Assembly: GCA_951406725.2 (NCBI GenBank)
Contig: OX597823.1
Location: forward strand, 73,532,001 to 73,596,000
Source of the DNA: Octopus vulgaris
Lineage: Eukaryota
DNA length: 64,000 nucleotides
Direction: 5' to 3'
The notes under the pieces were generated by a model that had not been told where the DNA came from, made no database searches, and saw only the letters and a program-made list of their open reading frames with translations. The translations under genes were made by a program, and so were the position numbers. Shown piece by piece: positions 54,640-64,000 of this stretch (positions are counted from its first letter, which is position 1; each line of letters begins with the position of its first letter).

Positions 54640-54996
54640 CTTCATTTATCTGTAATCAGAGTTGTTCGAAAACCGAGGTACTACTGTATATGTATGTATA
54701 TATATATATATATATACAAACATATGTGTGCGTGTATAACTTATTAGTTATATATATAACTTCCTTTTATATCTGCCTTAATCATTTGGCTGTGGTCATG
54801 CAGGGGCACAACCTTGAGGAGTTTAGTCAAACTAATCGAATACGCCCCTTTTTAAAGCCTGGTACTTATGCTATCGGTTCTCTTTTGCCGAAAAGCTATG
54901 TTACAGGAGCGTAAATACGGCCACACTAGTCAAGTCGTAATGCGGGAGCAAACTCAAACATGAACATACGCACACATACACACATAAACATAGATA

Positions 54997-55196
54997 CGCC
55001 CTGATAGATCGTTAGCTCCTACACGCATTTTTTCTCTCCTTGTTTCTCTCCTTGTTTTTTTCTGTGTATCTTTCTGTCGAAGAGCGTAGGCTCGAAACGT
55101 AAAATACTTTTTCTATTCCTGAGCGCTATACTAATATATTTGTTTGTTTGTACTCCACCTGCCTTCGACTTTTGTTTATTTTCGTAAGCTTTCCCT
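54997..55196 (+). mobile_element. ~200-bp Penelope-pLTR-like module carrying a hammerhead motif
   Basis: Collinear with 14061-14272; ends at (TA)n. Confidence 0.7.
55066..55107 (+). ncRNA. Minimal hammerhead motif (variant core CUGUCGA)
   Basis: GUAUCUUU-CUGUCGA-A-GAGC(GUAG)GCUC-GAAA-CG-UA-AAAUAC. Confidence 0.65.
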
Positions 55197-55448
55197 TTAT
55201 ATATATATATATATGTACGACAGGCTTCTTTCGGTTTCCATCAACCAGGTCCACTGACAACGCTTTCATCGGTCTGGGTTATAAGAACAGTTGCCCAAGG
55301 TGCCACTCAGTTGGAGTGAATCCGGACCCATGTCGTTGGAAAACATACTTTTTATCAGACAGCGCCGATATACATATATATGATACATATATAAATGCAT
55401 ATATATAAATATGTATTTATATATGTATCTATGTGTGTGTGTGTGTGC

Positions 55449-55491
<43 letters not shown>

Positions 55492-55660
55492 CACACTTTT
55501 ATTCTTATACTCGTTGCAGTCATTGACACCAGGACTTATTCATTGTTGTAAGCCTGGTACTTATTCTATCGTACTTTGTTACCGAACCGCTAAGTTACGG
55601 GAACATAAACACACCAGCATCGGTTGTCAAGCGATGGTGGTGGGGGACAAACACAAACAC

Positions 55661-55696
<36 letters not shown>

Positions 55697-55843
55697 GCCG
55701 GTCTTCTTTCAGGTTCCGTCTACCAGATCCACTCACAAGGTTTCGGTCGGCCGAAGGCTATAATAGAAGGTACTTACCCAAGATGCAATGCTATAGGACT
55801 GAACCCACACCATGTGGTTGTGAAGCAAGCTGCTTACCACACA

Positions 55844-55888
<45 letters not shown>

Positions 55889-55941
55889 GCACGCACACAG
55901 ACACATACATACATGCATAAATGCATACATAAAACGTGTCC

Positions 55942-55981
<40 letters not shown>

Positions 55982-56026
55982 TCTTAAATTACAGATCTGT
56001 ATGTCTTTGAATACATGTGTTTGATG

Positions 56027-56065
<39 letters not shown>

Positions 56066-56865
56066 TGAGTGTGTGTCTGCGTGCGTGTGTGTGCGTGCGT
56101 ATACGAAAAAGAAGAGAAAAGGAAAGAGACTATGTAAATGAGGGGCAGAGGGAGGGAATGGAAGATAACCCAATCCAAACAGAAGTGATTGCACATTTAA
56201 CTGACAGCTTAATATTTATAATGAATGATACCTTACAACTTTCAAATATTCAGACACCCGTTGTAGTTTTCCATGTTATTTCATTTTTCTTTTACCTTTT
56301 TCTTTTTCCTTCTGTTTTTTCACCGAAACATTTGTATGTTTGTATTTATCCTTGCCTTCACTGTCAGAAAACATACAATGGTGAGTTATGCAACAGAATT
56401 GAAAATTATCTGTCAATGTAATCAGTTTAGCTGACCTCAAACCCAGTAAGTATGAGTATGCATGTAAGTGTTTATGAGTGTGTCTGTGTGTGTATGTTTG
56501 TTTGAGCATGTGTGTGCATATGTGTGTGCATATGTGTGTGCATATGTGTATGCATGTGTGTGTATGCGTGTATCAATATGTCGAAGTTTTTGTACATGTA
56601 TGCATATTTGTGTGTGTGTGTGTGTTCTATTTTTACATATTTGATGTCTTTCTGTAAGGAAGGAGCTTGTTTCTTACAGCGATACAAAGCTCATTGAAAT
56701 ATAATTTACAAAAACAATGCCACATGTTGAACGTAAGAAAAGTTTGGCCAAGTTTTACTGTTCCACTTACAGATTGTCTTCATAATATGTGTTCGTTTTC
56801 CACCAATCCTACACACCCCGAAAATTCCCAGCTTTTCCTGATCGTGACTTTACTAACAAAACCAA

Positions 56866-57360
<495 letters not shown>

Positions 57361-57389
57361 GAATTATTATTGATGTAAATGTGGATTTA

Positions 57390-58672
57390 TAATCTGAAGA
57401 TACGTAGAATCTGAAGGTTTCAAAACCGTTATCCTCTTTCTCTTCTGCTTTCCAAGAGAGATATTCATATCAGTTGGGCATCTGACCGCTATGACGATAT
57501 ATATTTTAATTATCTGTTCAAAACAACTTTATCTGGCCTGTTGTGTTTGTACTTGGTAGAAGTGTTGATGCTCTACCAATATTCCTTATGTTGTTGTTTG
57601 TGTATCTACTTAATAACAGAAGGATTCTCTCTGTTTATCCCTGGACTAGCTTTTTATCGGTTGGCATTGTATATTGTTTTAGCGACAACGCCATGTTGCA
57701 ATAGAGAGGTAGTACCTTGACGTCATTTGGTGGCAAAGCTGATCACATGTGTGATGTATTTCACTGAAATATGCCATAATCTACATTACTTAAATATGAT
57801 ATAATCTACATTTTCGTTTGCATTTTAGGACTGCAAGGACTGACTCTCGTCCTTTAGGTATTTTGGAGTAATCTCCTACTCTTGAATTACAAACACATAT
57901 CCTTTGAGTGTGATGTGATATAACGGTCACGAGTCTGTGAAAGGTTGCACTTCTTATTGATATTAGTGTAACTTTTCAACTTTTCGGGAACATATTCATG
58001 CATGTTTTTTTCTGGTTTTGCTTTACTAAACGTTTCACTCTCAGGTCTTGTTTGAGATATCTTAGTCCAGCTGTTTTGAGGAAGTCAGGAAAGGAATATT
58101 TTCTGAGGAACTCACTGCCAACTTGTAGCAATAAATTTATATGTTTATTTGTTGCAGTTCTTTTGTAAGTGCTGACTGTAACTCACCGTACGAAATTCGA
58201 AGGCTGTTTCCACTGAAACCTGTGCCTCCTTCATCTCTTCTTAAGTAGAGCCTGTCGATATCACTGTTTCTGTGGAGGTTTCTGTGGTTTTTAATGTTTA
58301 TGGTGAGGATTTCTTCTATAGACTAATCAGTTATTCCAAATACTGGTGTCAGCACTAGTATTGCAAAATGTATTGTTGGATATTATCTTATAAGAAGTGA
58401 AATCTAACTGCTATATTTTTTAAGTTTGGTGTAATATTCTCGGGTTATTCTATCTTTATTCACAGCACATTCGTATGATGTTTTCATTAGTGCCTAGGTA
58501 CTTGTAGTACTTTTTGCGTGAATCAGGAAAGATAGTGAGACGGTTAATGCACAGGTCCTTGGTTTACGAAACTGACTTTCCACGTTCAGCAATCAAATTA
58601 GAACATTTCTTTTGGCCAAATTCCATTCCTACGACGACTGAAAAATATTGTTGTTAATTTTATCTTTGTGTG

Positions 58673-58718
<46 letters not shown>

Positions 58719-60640
58719 TGTGTGTGTGTGTGCGCGCGCGAGTGTGTGTGGGTGTGTGTGTGCGCGCGCGCGTGTGTGTGTGTGTGTGCAACGTAAACAT
58801 TTTTACCTAAGAACAGCAAATAAATTATAGGATATTGGAATCTCTAGTTGTTAAAAACCCTAGCGTGTAGCTATTGGATTTTTGTAAAAGCAGTTATAAA
58901 GGACTTAATGTCAAAATAAACAGAAGTACAGAAAAAGACTATCTCCTTGGAATATTCCCTTTGAAACATTTATAACAACGATGACGATCGCTTTTGGTTA
59001 TGTGTTGAGGAATGTTGCCCAGATCTTTGTGAGCCTCTCAATGACAGTAACTAAGGTAACAGACACTTTTGCAAAATACAGAGTCTTCAGCAGCCATGGA
59101 TGGGGAATAATGTAGAATGATTTCCCTTACTCAAAACACTGACAACTTATTATCGTAGCTAACTTTGTAATATGGCGACGCAGATCATTGATGTTTACTC
59201 AAGATTTTTGTTTTCCCCTTGTGTTGCTTCCGTTTTGTAATTTCATAAACACATGCACAGCAGAATTCTCCAAGGTGTTCTTTAAGAGTAATAACAGCTG
59301 TGTACAGGAATTTATTAATTGTCCAGTAATTAACATCACATGATTCTATGTGCTCTGAAACAACATCGCCAAAACTTCTACAGTGATTTCTCTCTTGGGG
59401 CAGCATAACTTTGTTTAGCAAAAGATGTTCTGCTTATTTCCATACTCCCTTTCTTCCCGCCTGTTTAACAGTTACTTTGTCAACGAAATTAAAAGGATCC
59501 TGTATGAATCGGTTCAAACATTTTGTGTGAAGCTTGTACATAATTTGTAGGCAAGCAGTAAATCTATAGTATTCTCCAAACATGGGGGTTTCGTTCTTGG
59601 TTTCAAGACTCGTCCGCGCTATCACGCACCAATTTGGTATGTCAACGTGGCGCTCTATTGTTCTTCTGAATATACGTGTTAATAACTTTCTGCAGAAGTT
59701 CAGCTTCTACCAGTTTCCAAAAGTTAGGTCTCTTCCATTTGTCTTCCAATTATGTGGTTGTAGTTTGCTAACAGCTATGGTGAACGTTTCAGAACTGATC
59801 GTGTATATTTTAATATCGATGTTTGTACATTATTCAATCCAAACTGATTTAGCTACAATACATTCTTGTATAAATCCTTCTTTTCGTTCCAGACCTTAGG
59901 CTAGAATGATTCAAGATCATCCAGCAAAGGGACTTTCTTGACGGTAATATTTTTCTTCCTCATCTCTCTGTATAATGCTTGTGTGCTGGAGCAAAATTGA
60001 GATTTATATTGGCTCGCTCAGAGAGTTTTCCACAATAACTAAATTATTCGCTCAGCATCCTGAGTTCGTGCTTTAAAGTAATTAACTTTTCCCTTAAATG
60101 AAACATCATAGTTTTGTTAATTTTTTTTTTTTATGTAAGATGTAATTGGTGAGATGTGATCTCATTGTTCCCTTGGCATTTTACTACCGTAGTTAACTTT
60201 GTAATATGGCGACGCATTTCGTTGATGTTTACTCAAGATTTTTGTTTTCCCCTTGTGTTGCTTCCGTTTTGTAATTTCATAAACATGTGCACAGCAGAAT
60301 TCTCCAAGGTGTTCTTTAAGAGTAATAACAGCTGTGTATCGGAATTTATTAATTGTCCAGTAATTAACATCACATGATTCTATGTGCTCTGCTATAACAT
60401 CGATAACTTTTAACATGAAAGCAATTGGTTTTTTTCTTTAATCTTTGTCCTGTCGCTCAGCAACAGCTCAGAAAGACTTTAAAATTTTTTCACTAACTGT
60501 GGTTTCAAAATATTCCAAGTTGACTATATTCTACAGTCATCTCTGTCGAATCGGTTACATATAGAGGTATGCAAGTGTTTATTGTTAGTGGCAGCAGTTT
60601 ATTTACATTATTTTCAGTCTGTCTTATTGCAGATTTTGGC
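57390..60640 (-). mobile_element. Cluster of decayed R4/Dong-type LINE fragments (RT, CCHC, REL)
   Basis: GIFQGDSL (~58940-58960), HRNSDIDRLYLRRDEGG (~58225-58275), GYVFVIQE (~57880-57900), KHNRPDKVV (~57525-57550), YRFTACLQIMYKL (~59530-59570). Interrupted by (TG)n at 58667-58790. Confidence 0.75.
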
Positions 60641-61129
60641 CAGTTCCCAGTGTTATGAGTAGATTGATTAGCATCGCAAGAATTGAAATAAAAAGTGTTG
60701 TGTGATAGCTACATTTATTTTTTTACAGAAAGACGCTTTTTGTCGAAGCTGTTTTACCATCAAATATTGGGTCATCCCATAAATTGTGGGACCGATACGT
60801 TCAACAAAAAATTCTTCAAATCGCTACTCCAGCGTGTCCACAATCTAATCACTGAAACAAGTAAAAGGCGAAAAAGACAAAAAAAGGAAACCGAAAAATA
60901 TATCCGTGATTCTTTTATCCACTTTCACGTTATAACTATGGGGCTTTTGTCCAAGGGGATTTGTTCGGATCCCAATTTAAATATAATGGCAAAGTGAAGT
61001 GAGACTAGAACTTAAATCGTCTACAATAACAAGTGCTGTAATACTGCTTCTTTTAGTATCATTGCTGGTGGTCTGAATAATGCTTAGTTGATAAATTAAA
61101 GATGTTTCTCTTATTTATAAAATAATAAA

Positions 61130-61366
61130 TGCGCCCTTTTAAAGCCTAGTCAGGCTCATAGGCCCGGTTTCCCGGTTTCAATGGCGTATGTGTTCCCCAG
61201 GTAGACGGGACGCCAGTCCATCGCAGTGTTACTCATTTTTGCCAGCTGAGTGGACTGGAGTAACGTGAAATGAAGTGTTTTGCTCAAGAACACAACGTGT
61301 CGTCCGGTCCAGGAATCGAAACCACAATCTTACGATCATGATGCTAACACCCTAACGCGCCTCCAC
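61130..61366 (-). mobile_element. SINE family D, full length
   Basis: Head GGAGGCGCG...GGTTTCGATTCCTGGACCGG; TSD-like TTTCTCTTATTTATAAAA at ~61105 and ~61367. Confidence 0.85.
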
Positions 61367-61505
61367 TTTCTCTTATTTATAAAAGAAGAAACAAATCAGC
61401 AACTAATTTAGGCTGCAAGAGTTGGCGTCTTTGTATTAGAAAGCGTTCAAAAAGGTATTTTAAAACGGTCCTCTGTCTACACGCCTATGGTTCACGGTGC
61501 TATGC

Positions 61506-62050
61506 TGTATGTATGTATGTATGTATGTATGTATGTATGTACGTACGTATGTATGTATGTGTGTGTGTGTGTGTATGTCATTGTTCAGTTTTATTTCAAG
61601 ATTTCTTACGAATAGAGAAAAAGCCGGTTTGTAACCTAGATTCAAGGGTCCTTCATTGGAATTTCAACATGAACAAGATATTTCTGTTTATATATATGTA
61701 TATATGTATATGTGCAGACTTGTATGTTTTGCTTTATGCATGTATGTATGTATTTTGTATGTATGCATGCATGTATGTATGTATGCATGCATGTATGTAT
61801 GTATGTATGTATGTATGTATGTATGTACGTACGTATGCATGTATGCATGAATGAAAGCATGTACGTATGTATATGTTTATACGCGCGTACGCATAGATAC
61901 ATGTTTGTATGCATTATGTATGCATGTATATATATATATATATGAAAACAAGCAAATTTACAAATGTATATATATGCATTATATACACATACATATATGT
62001 ATGTCTTTATGTCTTTATATATATACGTACATATATCTATGTATAAATAA

Positions 62051-62090
<40 letters not shown>

Positions 62091-62225
62091 TTTAAAACGG
62101 TCTGTCCATGTAAATAATACTTTTGATCTGATTCAAACCAATTCCACTCAAAGCAGTTGAACTTATTACCTTCATACAAACTCATATACATATTCACATA
62201 TGTATATGTGCATGCATTATGTGTA

Positions 62226-62270
<45 letters not shown>

Positions 62271-62281
62271 ACGCACACGTG

Positions 62282-62325
<44 letters not shown>

Positions 62326-62355
62326 CATACATACATACATACATACATACATACA

Positions 62356-62387
<32 letters not shown>

Positions 62388-62390
62388 ACA
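61506..62390. repeat. Compound (TATG)n/(TA)n/(TG)n/(CATA)n microsatellites
   Basis: Direct reading. Confidence 0.9.
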
Positions 62391-64000
62391 CACAGCACAC
62401 AAATTTAGAATAGTCACTTTATGTGAATGCTAATTTCAGTATCATTCCACTCAATGTCACACGAAGTCTTTGAATTCATTGTCATCAAATTTAACTTACT
62501 TGTACACCTGTCACACTCAACGTCGTACCTGCTTTATATCTGCCTTTAATATCTTTTTCTTTTATATTCTGTAAAATCCTTACATGACCGACCGATGTCT
62601 GTGAGTAGGTTGGTTATATATGCTGTAATTTTTGTACAGCAAAAAGTATCCTTAGCAGAGAACCTAATGAATATTTTCGTGTGGTTTTGACTTGTAAAGT
62701 TAATAAATATCAACTCAGGGAAGCTTTCCATATATTACTCTCTACATTTTGTGAGAATGGGTGTGAAGCAAAAGATCTTCGGGCGCATTTTTAGGAGAAG
62801 TAGGATCTAAAGCTCGAGTAAGCAGCTTGGTATCAGCTTGGCTTGTTACTACGAAAATAGGTGTGACTGTGTCTGTGGCTTACGACTGGCCGAAATTACC
62901 CAAAATTTGCAAACTTTAAAAAGCTATTAACTCTTTATTCATTGATTTACAGCGAAAATGAATTTCATACCAAAGGTTACTTTACAAAACTACATCATTA
63001 CACCAAATATGAATTCATTTGACACAAAAATTGAAGGAACTGAAAAGTGGCAGCCAAACAGAAAAGATCCTGAAACTGAAAGAAGCCTGTCATATGTGTC
63101 AGTGAGAGAGTGTGTGTGCGGCTGTGCGTGTGTGTGTGTGTGTCTTTGTGTATGCGTTTGTCCCCTACTACTGCTTGACATGTTATGTTTACATTCCCAT
63201 AACCTAGTAGTTCGGCAAAAGAGACTGATAGAATAAGTACCAGGCCTTACGGAAAATATAAGTACTGGGGTCGATAAATTCGACTAAAATTCAAGGTGGT
63301 GCCCCAGCTGGCTGCAGGCTAATGACTGAAGCTAGTAAAAGAAAGATGAAAAAAGATGAGAGTGTGTATGTTTCTGCGTGTGCGTATTTGTGCGTGTGCG
63401 TGCGTGTGTACACATAGATACATTTCGTGTGTGTTATGTATGTGTATATACACACATTTTGCGTCTGTCCGTGTTTATGTGTTTATACGCACACACAACC
63501 ACACAATACAGACATCTCTGCAAACTTACACGAAAAATTATGGATGCTATATTTATATTCAAACACTATTTTAAAAAGTCAACACTTAGACAGCGTTAAA
63601 AATACCATCGCTACTTGTTGGAAAGAAAAAAAACTGAAGCTAAGGGTCAAAAGTTCAATTCTAGCGGTTGTCACCATTAACAAACACAGATCCGATTACC
63701 TTTACCGAATATAAAATGTCAGTAATATATGCCAACATCAACCATTTCATCTTAAAATAATGCTATGTTAAAAATAAACGTTGAATGGCCTGGAAAAGTT
63801 AGTGTTTCAAACAAACTATAAAATTCTCAGAAACAGCTGAGAAAATCCCCAATGAGAAATGAAAAATAGAACATAGTGATGTTCTTAATTTAACATAGTT
63901 AAAATTGTGTTCTTTCTGTTTCACTTTCACTATCAATATATCTATCCATGCATGTGTGTGCAGGCATTATGAATATGTGTGTGTGTGAGTATATATACAA

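Overview
AT-rich, microsatellite-dense eukaryotic DNA. The tRNA-derived SINE families look like those I recall from coleoid cephalopods (Octopus-like); this is an inference. Most of the window is repeats: a CR1-type LINE 3' end, several decayed R4/Dong-type (REL-endonuclease) and RTE-type LINE fragments, and a 5'-truncated but well-preserved Penelope-like element (RT + GIY-YIG). It also holds TIR-bounded MITEs, a decayed hAT transposase and many SINEs. The only convincing host coding signal is a spliced minus-strand exon (47016-47179) encoding the first half of a CARD-like death-fold domain; much of the window is probably its introns. The most notable pattern is a set of minimal hammerhead-ribozyme motifs with variant cores, found in ~200-bp non-coding modules and downstream of the Penelope ORF. 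Also notable are SINE multimers with a fixed 184-bp period and a shared GG(T/C)A junction. Most ORFs in the supplied track are microsatellite or SINE artefacts.
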